Notes: generated by a model from the letters alone, not told the origin. 30,356 nt of DNA from Candidatus Bathyarchaeota archaeon (GCA_963775895.1 CAVZKL010000021.1:1-30356), one strand, 5' to 3'; positions 1 to 10,436 are shown, counted from the stretch's first letter. Numbers and translations: made by a program.

Positions 1-200
1 TTAGATTTATTAGTGGTACTGAAAATGCATTAAGGTTAAAGGCGCAGGAGAAGTTCTCTCCATTCCAAGATTGAGCGCAGAAGTGCACGTTTCATTCACA
101 CACTCTCGCGCGCGCGAACCTTATTTTTTCTCTATTAACTGAAGTTTTTGCTAGTCTCTCGTGATTTTACATTCAAAATCTAACTTCTGCAGTATCTTTT

Positions 201-215
201 TAGAAAAACTTATAT
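201..215 (+). promoter_or_regulatory. Probable BRE/TATA of the thermosome promoter
   Basis: AGAAAAA-CTTATAT about 50 bp upstream of the ths start, matching archaeal BRE+TATA architecture. Confidence 0.5.
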
Positions 216-263
216 TGTGAGGCTGTTTTTCATTGTGACGCAAAAAGGAGGCTTGTATAAGGT

Positions 264-1925
264 TTGTCACAACAATCATCTGGCGGAGTTCCAGTTCTAG
301 TATTGAAGGAAGGCTCAAGCCGATCAAGAGGACGAGAAGCTCTACACACAAACATCGAAGCTGCAAGAATAGTGGCAGAGAGTGTCAAGAGTTCCCTCGG
401 ACCAAAAGGCATGGATAAAATGCTCGTTGACAGTTTTGGCGACGTCACCATAACGAGCGACGGACGCACGATCTTGGACGAGATGGACATCCAACACCCA
501 GCGGCTAAAATGATGCTAGAAGTCGCGAAAACACAGGACAACGAGGCTGGCGACGGAACAACAACAGCTGTAATAATTGCAGGTGAACTGCTGAACAAAG
601 CTCAAGAACTGATTGAAAGAAACGTTCATCCCACGATAGTAATCGACGGTTACAAGAAAGCTGCAGAAAAAGCGTTGGAAGTACTTGAAAACATAGCTAT
701 AAAGATAGACCCACAGACCACAGACTTTCCGAAGAAAGTTGCGATGACATCGATGGCAAGCAAACTAGTTGCAGACCACAGAGAATACTTGGCCGACATC
801 ACCGTCAAAGCAATGCTGGCAGTTGCAGAAAAAGATGACGGCAAATACAAGGCAGACGTAGACGACGTCAAAGTCGAGAAGAAACCAGGCGAATCAATAG
901 GCGACACGAAACTCATTCAAGGAATCGTACTCGACAAAGAAATCGCCCACTCAGGAATGCCCAAACGCATTGAAAAAGCAAAGATTGCACTACTCGACTG
1001 CCCACTTGAAATCGAAAAGACAGAATTTGACGCAAAGATCAATATTGAAAGCCCTGAGCAGATGGAAGCATTCCTCAAGCAGGAAGAAGATATGTTGCGC
1101 GACATGGTTGAAAAAACAGTCAAGACTGGAGCGAACGTTCTCATGTGCGAGAAGGGTATTGACGACATGGCTCAACACTTCTTGGCTAGAAAGGGAATAC
1201 TTGCAGTCAGAAGAAACAAGAAATCAGACATGGAAAAACTGGCTAAAGCCACGGGTGGAAAAATAGTAACAAATTTGGACAGCATAACCTCAGAAGATCT
1301 CGGCTACGCTGCGCTCGTTGAAGAACGCAAGATAGGCGACGACAAAATGACTTTCGTAGAAGGATGCAAACACCCAAAGGCGGTCACAATACTCATAAGA
1401 GGAGGGACCCAACGTCTCGTCGACGAAGCAGAAAGATCAGTGCACGATGCTCTGTGTGTCGTCAGAGACGTGATTGAAGAGCCAAAGATTGTCGCTGGAG
1501 GAGGAGCGCCGGAGTTAGAAGTTGCACGCATGCTGAAGAAATACGCAGAGACTCTGCCTGGAAGAGAACAGTTAGCAGTAAGAGGCTTCGCGGAAGCTCT
1601 TGAAGTAGTACCGACCACGCTCACGGAAAATGCTGGGCTGGACCCTATCGACGTATTGTCCGAGTTGAGAGCGAGACATGAAAAAGGCGAAACATGGGCA
1701 GGAATAGAGGTAAACAGCGGCAAAGTTCAAGATATGGGTAAAGCCGGAGTCTACGAGCCCTTGGCTGTCAAGAAGCAAATAATCAAATCTGGCACAGAAG
1801 CTTCAACGATGATACTCAAAATCGACGACGTTATTGCTGCAGGCAAGACGAGAGCTCCCCCGATGCCCCCAGGAGGACCAGGTGGCCCCGGAGGCGGCGG
1901 ATACCCAGGAATGGGGGAGTATTAG
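264..1925 (+). CDS. ths: Thermosome (group II chaperonin) subunit
   Basis: 553 aa; [20 protein letters not shown]-binding motif, [14 protein letters not shown], Gly/Pro/Met-rich C-tail; TTG start with AGGAGG upstream. Alpha versus beta subunit not resolved. Confidence 0.97.
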   Translation: MSQQSSGGVPVLVLKEGSSRSRGREALHTNIEAARIVAESVKSSLGPKGMDKMLVDSFGDVTITSDGRTILDEMDIQHPAAKMMLEVAKTQDNEAGDGTTTAVIIAGELLNKAQELIERNVHPTIVIDGYKKAAEKALEVLENIAIKIDPQTTDFPKKVAMTSMASKLVADHREYLADITVKAMLAVAEKDDGKYKADVDDVKVEKKPGESIGDTKLIQGIVLDKEIAHSGMPKRIEKAKIALLDCPLEIEKTEFDAKINIESPEQMEAFLKQEEDMLRDMVEKTVKTGANVLMCEKGIDDMAQHFLARKGILAVRRNKKSDMEKLAKATGGKIVTNLDSITSEDLGYAALVEERKIGDDKMTFVEGCKHPKAVTILIRGGTQRLVDEAERSVHDALCVVRDVIEEPKIVAGGGAPELEVARMLKKYAETLPGREQLAVRGFAEALEVVPTTLTENAGLDPIDVLSELRARHEKGETWAGIEVNSGKVQDMGKAGVYEPLAVKKQIIKSGTEASTMILKIDDVIAAGKTRAPPMPPGGPGGPGGGGYPGMGEY

Positions 1926-1928
1926 AAC

Positions 1929-2177
1929 ACGTCTGAAAAGACCAAAGTCGTAATAGGACCACCCAAAATCACCCGTTTCGAAAAAGCGAGAATAGTGGGG
2001 GCAAGAGCTCTACAGATTTCGATGGGTGCCCCCATACTCATCGAGGTGTCAAAAGGATTCGCGGGCACGATTGAAATAGCATTGAAGGAATTAGATGCAG
2101 GCATATTGCCGATGACGATAAGAAGAACACTGCCAGACAGCACCTACCAGGACATTCCGTTAAAATGGCTCTTGTAA
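1929..2177 (+). CDS. rpoK: DNA-directed RNA polymerase subunit K (Rpo6)
   Basis: Frame upstream of the listed ORF reads [34 protein letters not shown] (Rpo6/Rpb6 signature T-R-[FY]-E-x-A-R-x-x-G-x-R-A-L-Q). The only start-like codon before the signature is ACG at 1929. Confidence 0.92.
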   Translation, partial: TSEKTKVVIGPPKITRFEKARIVGARALQISMGAPILIEVSKGFAGTIEIALKELDAGILPMTIRRTLPDSTYQDIPLKWLL

Positions 2178-2190
2178 GAACATCGATAAC

Positions 2191-2679
2191 TCAATTCTCT
2201 TTTTTTGATTTTTCAACAATTCTCTTTGCCATGCGGAGCGTCTTTTCGATCTTAGTCCAGTGGGCACCTTGCCAGTAGATTTGTCCGCACTTTGAACATT
2301 TCCAGAACTCTTCGTAGTGATCGAGCGTTCTTTTCTGCACCTTCCCTGCTGCTTCTTCTGAAGAAACTGGTCTGACAACAGAGTTGCATTTTGGGCAACG
2401 CGAAAACGACATGTCTATCTCAAGCGCGATGTTAAACCTCTCCGCAAGCTTCGCCAACTTGTCCTCGCCAGTCTCTCCTTCTGCATAGAATGCGTCGATG
2501 CCTTTGCCGACTGCTCTCTGGTACAGCTCAAAATCCCGTGTGAGCAGAATTCTGTCCTCATCTTTTGCCATCGCAAGGAGTTGAGAATCTTCCATGTTGT
2601 TCGAGTACTCAACGTCCTGACCCAACATACGAAGCCAGCGCGTCAGCTTCCCCAACATGCCGTCAGCGAGAAACTTCAA
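2191..2679 (-). CDS. Mut7-C RNase (PIN-like) domain protein with Zn ribbon
   Basis: KFLADGMLGKLTRWLRMLGQD, LLTRD, RCPKCN, CSKCGQIYWQGAHW: typical Mut7-C/DUF82 pattern. Confidence 0.9.
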   Translation of the reverse strand: MKFLADGMLGKLTRWLRMLGQDVEYSNNMEDSQLLAMAKDEDRILLTRDFELYQRAVGKGIDAFYAEGETGEDKLAKLAERFNIALEIDMSFSRCPKCNSVVRPVSSEEAAGKVQKRTLDHYEEFWKCSKCGQIYWQGAHWTKIEKTLRMAKRIVEKSKKEN

Positions 2680-2682
2680 AGG

Positions 2683-4020
2683 CTAAGCTCTCCGAATTAT
2701 CCTACCGCTTCCTCCCTTGGCTATGATTTCCCCTTCATCCATGACGAGTTGACCACCGACAAAGGTTTTTACAGGCTTACCTTCGACCTCACGTCCATCA
2801 AACGGGGAGAACTTGGCTTTTGATTTGAAGTTTGACGAATCGATTCTAAACTTTTGCCTAAGATCTACAACTGTCAAGTTCGCGTCGTTTCCCTGCACCA
2901 AAAATCCTTTGCCCTTAATGTCAAAGATCCGCGAAGGCTTCTCGGACAGAAGCCTCACGATATCCGCGATTGAGAGTCGTCCGTGCTTAACCTCGGTGAG
3001 CAAGAGTGGCAGAGTAGTTTCAAGGCCTGGGATGCCAACTTTGACGTCCCAAACAGATTCGGCCTCTTTTTCCTTCAACGAATGCGGCGCATGATCCGAA
3101 CCAATCATATCTATCCAACCCCGTTCTATGCCATCCCACAACGCCGCCTGTTGCTGTTTGTCCCTGATTGGAGGCATGGTTACACCCAAGTTGCCTACCT
3201 TCTTCACGTCTTCGAACGTAAGCAAAAGGTGATGTGGAGTCGCTTCACACGATAACCGCATCCCTGATTTTGCACCAGCAATGATTTCCAGAGCTTCCTG
3301 AGTACTCACGTGACAAAAGTGCAAGTGCATCTTTGCTCTTCTGGCAATATCCAGAATCCGCTTTGCGGCCTTTGATTCTACGTTTGCAGAGTGGACTTTC
3401 AGAAAAGCGACGAGGTCATTCTTCTTGTCACGCTTGGACTCTTCCTCGCCCTTCCTCAGCGCATTCATGTCCTCTGCGTGAACAGCGGTGGAAAGGCCGA
3501 ACTTGCTCACGGTTTTGAAAGCGAGTAACACGCTTCGATCATCGTTGACATCCAATCCGCCAACTTGATCAGCCATGAAAAGCTTGAAACCGAACGGGCC
3601 TTCTTTAACGATCTCCTGTATTTCTTTAAGGTTTCTAGGAAATTCTGACCGGAAACCGACATCAACGAGGATTCTACTTTCGGCTAGGTGAATACGATTT
3701 CTCAGGGTTGCTGCACTCATTGTCACAGGTTCATTGTTTGGCATGTCCACAACTGACGTGAACCCGCCCGCGGCTGCCGAGGCTGTTCCAGTGAAGAAGT
3801 CTTCCTTGTACGCCTTGCCTTCGTCGCGAAGGTGAACGTGAACGTCGATCAGTCCTGGAAGAACCAGCAGACTCTTCAGGTCAAATCGCCGGTCTGGCTT
3901 AGGCATGTTTGCTTCCTTGCCGATTTTGAAGATCTTACCGTCCTCAATGGCTATACTGCAGTCAGTTATGGCCCTATTCACGTAGGCTTTGCCGTTAACC
4001 AGAACAGAATCGACGATCAT
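2683..4020 (-). CDS. pyrC: Dihydroorotase (amidohydrolase superfamily)
   Basis: PGLIDVHVHLRD, AAAGGFT, DMPNN, HAED, CHVST, GSDHAPH, KFSPFDG; ATG at 4020 preferred over the upstream start at 4041. Confidence 0.88.
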   Translation of the reverse strand: MIVDSVLVNGKAYVNRAITDCSIAIEDGKIFKIGKEANMPKPDRRFDLKSLLVLPGLIDVHVHLRDEGKAYKEDFFTGTASAAAGGFTSVVDMPNNEPVTMSAATLRNRIHLAESRILVDVGFRSEFPRNLKEIQEIVKEGPFGFKLFMADQVGGLDVNDDRSVLLAFKTVSKFGLSTAVHAEDMNALRKGEEESKRDKKNDLVAFLKVHSANVESKAAKRILDIARRAKMHLHFCHVSTQEALEIIAGAKSGMRLSCEATPHHLLLTFEDVKKVGNLGVTMPPIRDKQQQAALWDGIERGWIDMIGSDHAPHSLKEKEAESVWDVKVGIPGLETTLPLLLTEVKHGRLSIADIVRLLSEKPSRIFDIKGKGFLVQGNDANLTVVDLRQKFRIDSSNFKSKAKFSPFDGREVEGKPVKTFVGGQLVMDEGEIIAKGGSGRIIRRA

Positions 4021-4172
4021 TTGTGGGTACTTCCTTTTCAATGAATAGCGTGCGGTGGACTGTTAAAAGTTTCTCCATAATGGAAGAAAGGGAGGTGGAG
4101 AGACTGTTGTACATGAATTCTGAACTATTTCTCTTACTGGTGCAGGAATTCTTTTTAACCTTTCGGGTTTTG

Positions 4173-5081
4173 CTAAGTCAGTATCTTGAAAAAGTCTCTT
4201 TCGGTCAGGATGCCAACCAACTTGCCATTCTTCACAACTGGCACTGCGCCAATGTCTTTTTCCCGCATAGTTCTGGCTGCTTGACCTACATCCGTTTCCG
4301 GTTCTACCACTGATACGTTTTTGGAGGCTATCTCGAGAGCAGGTGTGTTCAGCACTTGACCTATTGTTCCCGAGCGCAAGTGTTTGAAAACATCACCGCA
4401 GCCGAAGAATCGGAGAATATCCATTGCAGTCACAATGCCCACGAGTTTGTCGTCTGACACTATTGGCAACCTCCTGAAGCCTCGAGTGACCATTGTTTTC
4501 TCTGCTTCGAAAATGGTTGTCTTAGGCAAGGCTGTAACCACTTTTTCTGACATGATTTGAGCGGCTGTGACACTGCTCGTCCGGTCAGCAAAGAGAATCG
4601 CGATATCGCGTTCGGTCACTATGGCCTTTACACTATCGTTTTCATCGACAACCGGCAGGCCGCCAAGGTTGGATTCTTTCATCTTTTCTATTGCTTCACC
4701 TATCTTTGCCGACGTTTTGATTGATATCACTTTTTGAGTCATGATCAGTCTGATCGGCTCGTTCAACGCTTTGAAGAAGTTGCCTCCGAATCTTTGTTGG
4801 ATAATTTCAAACCTTTTACCGCCGCCGAGGTAGTCGACGATGTCCATCGCTGTTACGATGCCTTCGAGGTGTTTGGTGCCTGGGTTGGCAATCGGGAGAC
4901 GACGAAAACCTTCTTTCGCCATCTTCTGAATTGCGTCGTAGACAGGCATTGTGGGCGCTGCCATGACGACTGGGCTTTTTGCGATCGTGAGGATCTCACC
5001 CTCATGCTTCTTGGTTGGATGCGATTTCAAGTCAAGATTTCCCGATCCTCTAAGTGTTCTTCTGTAGCTTTCTCGGCTCAT
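4173..5081 (-). CDS. CBS-domain protein (four CBS repeats)
   Basis: Repeated RRLPI/GGLPVV/GAVPVV ... GIVT/GILTERD CBS motifs. Confidence 0.92.
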   Translation of the reverse strand: MSRESYRRTLRGSGNLDLKSHPTKKHEGEILTIAKSPVVMAAPTMPVYDAIQKMAKEGFRRLPIANPGTKHLEGIVTAMDIVDYLGGGKRFEIIQQRFGGNFFKALNEPIRLIMTQKVISIKTSAKIGEAIEKMKESNLGGLPVVDENDSVKAIVTERDIAILFADRTSSVTAAQIMSEKVVTALPKTTIFEAEKTMVTRGFRRLPIVSDDKLVGIVTAMDILRFFGCGDVFKHLRSGTIGQVLNTPALEIASKNVSVVEPETDVGQAARTMREKDIGAVPVVKNGKLVGILTERDFFKILT

Positions 5082-5093
5082 TTAATCTTCCCT

Positions 5094-5894
5094 CTAACCA
5101 ACAATAAGTCTCGCGATGTCTTCTCGATCGACGATTCCTAACAGTTTACCATTCTTATCCTTAACTGGAACCCGACCAATGTCTTTGGAAACCATCACTC
5201 TGGCAACTCTGATCGCTTTAGTGGAAGGAGGAACCGCAATCAAGTTTGTCTGCATCACCGAAGAGATCTTCGGAGATTCTCTGAAACGTCCTTTCCTTGA
5301 TTCAAAGGCAGGGAGAACGACACCCGTTTCCAGAAGATCCTTTTGCGTTACTATACCCACTAACTTCCCATTCTTCACGACGGGGAGCCCTGCAAAGCGC
5401 GTTTCGTTCATAAGACGCCAAATCTTTTCAACTTCATCGTCTGGGGAGCACGTTACAACATGTTTTGTCATTATTTCAGAAACATCTTTCACGAATCTTT
5501 CAGGACTGTTCTTCATCAAGGGTTCGATGAAAGTTTCTAAGCCTACAACTCCTCGGTAGGTTTTGTCATCGCTCGAAACAGTAACTGGAGCGTACCAAAC
5601 ATCAACGCGAAGCATAGCCTTGAAGGTTGACGTCACGTCATCATCCAAGAGAGCAACATGTCTCGCCGGCGTCATTATGCCCTTTACTTTCATAGGCGAC
5701 ACGGATGACGTGATGGTCATCATGTCTCGCCGTGAAACTTTTCCAAGAAGTTTCTTGTTTGCGTCAGTTACTGGAATTATCCTCAGGTTAAAATCTCTTA
5801 ATAACGCGCGCGCCTTTGTTGCTGGTTCATCTTCGTATATGGACGGATGCTTCGAGTCCATGATTTCCTTGACACGCAAAAGATCTCCTCTCAC
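5094..5894 (-). CDS. CBS-domain protein (four CBS repeats)
   Basis: RIIPVTD, GLPVVKNGKLVGIVTQKD, GRVPVKD..LLGIVDREDI. Confidence 0.92.
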   Translation of the reverse strand: MRGDLLRVKEIMDSKHPSIYEDEPATKARALLRDFNLRIIPVTDANKKLLGKVSRRDMMTITSSVSPMKVKGIMTPARHVALLDDDVTSTFKAMLRVDVWYAPVTVSSDDKTYRGVVGLETFIEPLMKNSPERFVKDVSEIMTKHVVTCSPDDEVEKIWRLMNETRFAGLPVVKNGKLVGIVTQKDLLETGVVLPAFESRKGRFRESPKISSVMQTNLIAVPPSTKAIRVARVMVSKDIGRVPVKDKNGKLLGIVDREDIARLIVG

Positions 5895-6487
5895 TCCTCA
5901 GTTTCAAGTTCGACTTTGCAGTCTTCGCAGAGATATTCGCCGTTGGTTTGCGTTAAGTTGTCGGAATAAAGTCCGCAATGATCACAGTAGCCAGTCAGAG
6001 ACGCCGATTCCCTCGTCGCCTCCTCCTTGATGTTTTCCCCCTCTATCATAGCCTTCTCCTGCATTGTTTCAAGCAATTCCGGCATTACGTTCAGAATGTC
6101 TTTTCCCGTTACTACTCCGACAAGCTTTCCTTTGTAGATTACAGCCAGACGCCGAATGTCCAGCCTGCTCATTCTCTTGGCCGCATCGCTCATCGTCGCA
6201 TCAGGTTCAATCGTTATGAGAGGCGAAGTCATCACCTTCCTAGTCTTAACGCTATCCGGTTTGAGGTTCTTAGCCAGAACGCGCACCACAAGGTCTCTCT
6301 CGGTGATTATGCCAAGCGGTTTGTCATCTTTGGTCGTCACTACTATGCAGCCGTATTCGTGCTTGGCCATGAGCTGCGCCACCTTGTTGACAGTAGCGTT
6401 TTCATCCACTGTTACGGTCGGACTGCTCATGACGTCTTTAACGAGCAGTTTAGGCCTCAATCCGATTTCAGCCATAGTTTCCACCAC
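5891..6487 (-). CDS. CBS-pair protein with C-terminal Zn ribbon
   Basis: VKDVMS, GIITERDL, RRLAV; C-terminal CDHC...CEDC. Start may be ATG at 6475. Confidence 0.9.
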   Translation of the reverse strand: MVETMAEIGLRPKLLVKDVMSSPTVTVDENATVNKVAQLMAKHEYGCIVVTTKDDKPLGIITERDLVVRVLAKNLKPDSVKTRKVMTSPLITIEPDATMSDAAKRMSRLDIRRLAVIYKGKLVGVVTGKDILNVMPELLETMQEKAMIEGENIKEEATRESASLTGYCDHCGLYSDNLTQTNGEYLCEDCKVELETEE

Positions 6488-6648
6488 GTATGCGAAGACT
6501 AGGATTACCGAGATTTAACTTCACACAACTCAAGAGAGACGCCCTAATTTAAAACTTGCCTTACTCCCGCGAGACAACCAAACTCGATTTCCAGTCAAGT
6601 TTTATTAATCCAGACATTCAATGCAGAATATCCCGTGAGGTAGATTGA

Positions 6649-7548
6649 ATGTTGAAGACCAATGAAGAGAGGTTGGTGAAGATTTCAGTGGTTGGAGAAG
6701 TTGTCAGCCCTGTTGTCAGAGGAGATGTTTACAGGATCTCAGCTCAGGGCAACCCCGTGGTTCTTCCTGGTGTGGGTGGGATAACCTATAACATCAGAGT
6801 CGGCGATCCGGCATGCGGATGGGAAGCGGACCATGTGGAACCGGGAATAAGCGTTGAAAACAAGGAGAACGACCCCAGATGGGGACAAGGCGCGAATACA
6901 GCTTTTAATTTGCTTTCATGCGTCGGAAATGAGGCGTCTGTGATAACCGGCGAGGCAAAGGGCGCTAAAGGAGTCGTCACTGGCAAGCACGGCGGCATAG
7001 AGCACGTGCTCATAGATGTTCAACCTGAGATCATGAACAAACTCGTGATAGGAGACAAGTTTTTAGTGAAAGCCTTTGGAGTCGGCCTGAAACTGCTCGA
7101 AACGCCTGAAATTTCAGTTATGAATCTGGATCCAACCTTCCTCAAGGCAATGAGACCGAGAATATCAAAGGGAAAACTGGAAGTCCCCGTTACTCATCTG
7201 GTTCCTGCTGCAACGATGGGTTCAGGTCTGGGCGCCAACCAATGTTATTCAGGCGACTACGACATTCAACTTTTTGACGACGACGTGAGAAAGCAGTATG
7301 AACTCGATGATCTCAAACTTGGAGATCTCGTCGCAATAATCGACGCGGATCACACGTTTGGAAGAATATACAGACATGGCTCCATATCCGTGGGAATTGT
7401 CGTCCACACGAACTGTGTCATAGCTGGACATGGACCAGGCGTTACGACGCTGTTCACGTCTAAAACAGGAAAAATCATCCCAAGAATCGACAAGACGGCC
7501 AACATAGCATCTCTTCTTAAGCTCAGAAAAGATACGTCGAGCCGCTGA
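6649..7548 (+). CDS. DUF4438 family protein (function unknown)
   Basis: PGVGGITYN, ADHVEPG, SCVGNEA, VTGKHGG, GDYDI, GHGPGVT motifs recognised as DUF4438; GAGG RBS upstream. Confidence 0.8.
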   Translation: MLKTNEERLVKISVVGEVVSPVVRGDVYRISAQGNPVVLPGVGGITYNIRVGDPACGWEADHVEPGISVENKENDPRWGQGANTAFNLLSCVGNEASVITGEAKGAKGVVTGKHGGIEHVLIDVQPEIMNKLVIGDKFLVKAFGVGLKLLETPEISVMNLDPTFLKAMRPRISKGKLEVPVTHLVPAATMGSGLGANQCYSGDYDIQLFDDDVRKQYELDDLKLGDLVAIIDADHTFGRIYRHGSISVGIVVHTNCVIAGHGPGVTTLFTSKTGKIIPRIDKTANIASLLKLRKDTSSR

Positions 7549-7677
7549 CGACGCTTCCTAGCCTCAAAGCGTCCAACATTTTATCAACAACGATCTCGTC
7601 GCACGGAACGTGAGAACAGATATATAAACAGGCAGATCGAATTGTTTGCTTGAAGGAAAGTTTAGGAGTAAGCAAGA

Positions 7678-7971
7678 TTGCCATTTAAACGAAAGAGTCG
7701 CGGAAGATCAAAAGGCGGTAAAGGTAGCAGCGGAGTTATTCAATGCGCTAGCTGTGGGGCGACGGTGCCTCGTGACAAAGCCAAAAAAGTCACTAGAAGA
7801 CACTCAATAGTTGACTATCAACTCGCAAAAGAGCTCCGGCAGAAAGGCACTTACATTGAAGCACCATCGACGACAAGATATTACTGCGTATCGTGCGCGG
7901 TGCATCGAGGCGTCGTAAAAGTAAGGGCAGAAAACGAACGAAGAATGCGCACTCGCCCAAGAAGATTCTAA
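7678..7971 (+). CDS. rps26e: 30S ribosomal protein S26e
   Basis: MPFKRKSRGR, CASCG..VPRDKA, YCVSCAVH..VVKVR. Confidence 0.96.
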   Translation: MPFKRKSRGRSKGGKGSSGVIQCASCGATVPRDKAKKVTRRHSIVDYQLAKELRQKGTYIEAPSTTRYYCVSCAVHRGVVKVRAENERRMRTRPRRF

Positions 7972-7972
7972 A

Positions 7973-8599
7973 TCAGCTAGCCACCTTTTTCTTTAGTTCG
8001 GCGTAAACGTAGGAACCTCTCTGCAACACTGTGAGGTTCGTGATAACTGCAAGAACTATCATAGCAACAGTCATCACTGCGGTAGGTTGAAAGAACAAGC
8101 CCACTAGACTTGCAATGACCAGAATCAACATTCGTTCGGCTCTCTCCGCGAATCCAATCGATTCCATTTTGATCCCAGCAGCCTCGGCCCTCGCTCGACT
8201 ATAACTCACGAGCAATGAACCTATCATCGCCAACAAGGTCCAGTACATTCCCCAGTAGCGAGGTTCCCAAAGACCGCCCACTATTATGCCCACGTACACG
8301 GCGGCATCAGCGTACCTGTCAAGAAGTGAGTCTAGAAAACCACCGAAGACTGTGGTTTGTCCATAAAGCCTAGCAACTACACCATCCATAGCATCACACA
8401 AGCCAGAAAGCAACAGCAGCACAATTGCAGGCAACAGAAAGAACTCGTTGTATCTCCAATTTGCGTACGCAACTGCCGAAAGAAAAGCCAAGATCACTCC
8501 GATGATCGTGATCGTGTTCGGCGTCAGTCCGGCCTTGTGTGCTATCCTTGCTTCAGTCGCGAGCATGTCTTGGATTTTCTGTTTCAACCTTGTCAGCAT
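7973..8599 (-). CDS. pgsA: CDP-alcohol phosphatidyltransferase (archaetidylinositol-phosphate synthase-like)
   Basis: TPNTIT, DAMDGVVAR...GGFLDSLLDRYAD signature, SYSRARAE, ERAER. Confidence 0.9.
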   Translation of the reverse strand: MLTRLKQKIQDMLATEARIAHKAGLTPNTITIIGVILAFLSAVAYANWRYNEFFLLPAIVLLLLSGLCDAMDGVVARLYGQTTVFGGFLDSLLDRYADAAVYVGIIVGGLWEPRYWGMYWTLLAMIGSLLVSYSRARAEAAGIKMESIGFAERAERMLILVIASLVGLFFQPTAVMTVAMIVLAVITNLTVLQRGSYVYAELKKKVAS

Positions 8600-8667
8600 C
8601 AGAAATGCTTCCGGCAATCTGTATTTAAGCGTGGATATGTTATCTCTGAAGTTAAAAGGTGTTTGTA

Positions 8668-8961
8668 ATGATCAGCGTCACGACAATAAAGCTTGACAGT
8701 AAGAATTGCACAGGACTGCGCGCCGACCTGCCCGACAGCCCACCTTTGCTGCTCATAATAGCCGAAAAAGGATTCGTAATGTGCGGATTCTTGAACGTTG
8801 AGAGCGCTGAAAAACTCGGCGTAACCGCAGCGGTCGTGAGCGGTGTCAAGACTTTTGACGATGTGCTCAATGGACAAGTGAGAACAGTTACATCGAAGGC
8901 CAAAAGCTTGGGCGTTGAAGTCGGAATGAAGGGAGCTGACGCTCTGAGATTCATGTGCTGA
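8668..8961 (+). CDS. YunC/DUF1805 family protein
   Basis: PLLLIIAEKGFVMCGFLN, AAVVSGVKTFDDVL, GMKGADAL. Confidence 0.85.
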   Translation: MISVTTIKLDSKNCTGLRADLPDSPPLLLIIAEKGFVMCGFLNVESAEKLGVTAAVVSGVKTFDDVLNGQVRTVTSKAKSLGVEVGMKGADALRFMC

Positions 8962-9012
8962 AACGTCACTCAAGCAACACCATGAAACTCCAGAAAACAT
9001 TCAAGGTTTGAT

Positions 9013-9618
9013 TTGACCTTGTCTAACAAAGAACTCTTAGACAGTGTGGCGACAGAAGTCGTGGTTTGTCCAAAGTGCCGCCTTTGGAAAACCCGAAAGA
9101 AAGCGGTACCGGGTGTCGGTAACCCTGAAAGCAAATTGGTTCTAATCGGAGAGGCTCCTGGTCGATCAGAAGACAGCGTGGGAGAACCATTCGTGGGAGC
9201 GGCAGGAAAATTCTTGGACGCGCTATTGTTTGAAATCGGTTTTTCAAGAGCCGAAGTTTTCATTACCAACGTTGTCAAATGCAGACCGCCCGAAAATCGT
9301 GCCCCTCAACCTGATGAAATCGAGACGTGTACTCCTTACCTGAATAGGCAGATAGGCATCATTCAACCAGCAGTAATAATTACTTTGGGCAAGCATTCGA
9401 CCGCTTATGTTTTCAACAAAGCAAAATTACCTTTCCACAGCATCACGCAGGCGCATGGGAAGATTTACGAAGCCGATATTCTTGGTATGAAAATCGCGGT
9501 TTTCCCAACTTTTCATCCTGCCGCTGCACTGTACAACGCACAGTATGAGAGTCAGATACGAGAAGACTTCCAAGTGATAAGGAAAGAGCTTCTGAAGAGA
9601 AACCTAGTCAAGCCGTAG
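9013..9618 (+). CDS. udg: Family-4 uracil-DNA glycosylase ([4Fe-4S])
   Basis: CPKCRL, IGEAPG..ED..GEPFVG.AG, TNVVKCRPP.NR.P, PTFHPAA. Confidence 0.95.
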   Translation: MTLSNKELLDSVATEVVVCPKCRLWKTRKKAVPGVGNPESKLVLIGEAPGRSEDSVGEPFVGAAGKFLDALLFEIGFSRAEVFITNVVKCRPPENRAPQPDEIETCTPYLNRQIGIIQPAVIITLGKHSTAYVFNKAKLPFHSITQAHGKIYEADILGMKIAVFPTFHPAAALYNAQYESQIREDFQVIRKELLKRNLVKP

Positions 9619-9665
9619 TCTCTTTTTGTTTGGCAAAAAATCGTTCTCCGAGTCGCGGATAGTCT

Positions 9666-10436
9666 TCACGCGCTTACTGCGGGCGGAGGACGAACTGATT
9701 TGCCCAACTTTCTATGCAACGCAATGCGGTACAGTTTTCTTAATGATTTCACGAGCCTTTCAACGCTCGGCAAGCCAGAGTATATCAACGGAATGCCGTC
9801 ATATTCTGCCAATCTCGTAGAGTATTCGTCTGGCGGTGTTCCGTGGAAAATGACGACCCTAGGTTTCAAACTGCTGACGCGAACGATGAGCATCGGTGAA
9901 GTCCCGTCGTCAATATTCGTGAAAATCAAAGCGCGCTCTGTGGTAGCCCCGAAAAGTTGACCGAATTCGTGTCCCGAAAGAGTCTCAACAGCTCGTTGAG
10001 TGTCCACGACGGTGTAGCCGTTGATTTCTCTTGCACATCTATCGACACAAGCCACAATCTTACCATCTATCGCCTTACACAGGTATTCCACTCGCACAGG
10101 CAACGGAAACTCGCGAAGGTCAACGATGGCATTACTAGGCGAACTGGTAAGCTTGGCGAACTCGTGCGTGAATCGACTACCGCGCTCTTCATCAAGCTTC
10201 AACAAAGCCCAGACAAATCTCCTAACGAATCTCGCTCCAGGGCTCGGTCGTCTTCCACTCTCATAGTCGCTGATGACTGATGAAGAAACGACCATCTTAT
10301 CTGACAGGTTCATCTGAGAAATACCGAAAAGCTCACGCCACTTCCGCATGGTCGCTCCTGGTTTGCTTGAAAGAATTATCTCGCCAGCAATCCGTCTGGC
10401 CAGAACGGACTCGCGAGCACTGAACGATGCAGCCAT
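9666..10436 (-). CDS. XRE-family HTH transcriptional regulator (archaeal COG1709-like)
   Basis: IAGEIILS..PG.TMRKWRELFGISQ..L...SVISDYESGRR.SPG; GATTERALIFT. Confidence 0.85.
   Translation of the reverse strand: MAASFSARESVLARRIAGEIILSSKPGATMRKWRELFGISQMNLSDKMVVSSSVISDYESGRRPSPGARFVRRFVWALLKLDEERGSRFTHEFAKLTSSPSNAIVDLREFPLPVRVEYLCKAIDGKIVACVDRCAREINGYTVVDTQRAVETLSGHEFGQLFGATTERALIFTNIDDGTSPMLIVRVSSLKPRVVIFHGTPPDEYSTRLAEYDGIPLIYSGLPSVERLVKSLRKLYRIALHRKLGKSVRPPPAVSA

Noticed and set aside
1855-1920. GC-rich repetitive tract at the end of ths
   Set aside because: Encodes the normal Gly/Pro/Met-rich chaperonin tail
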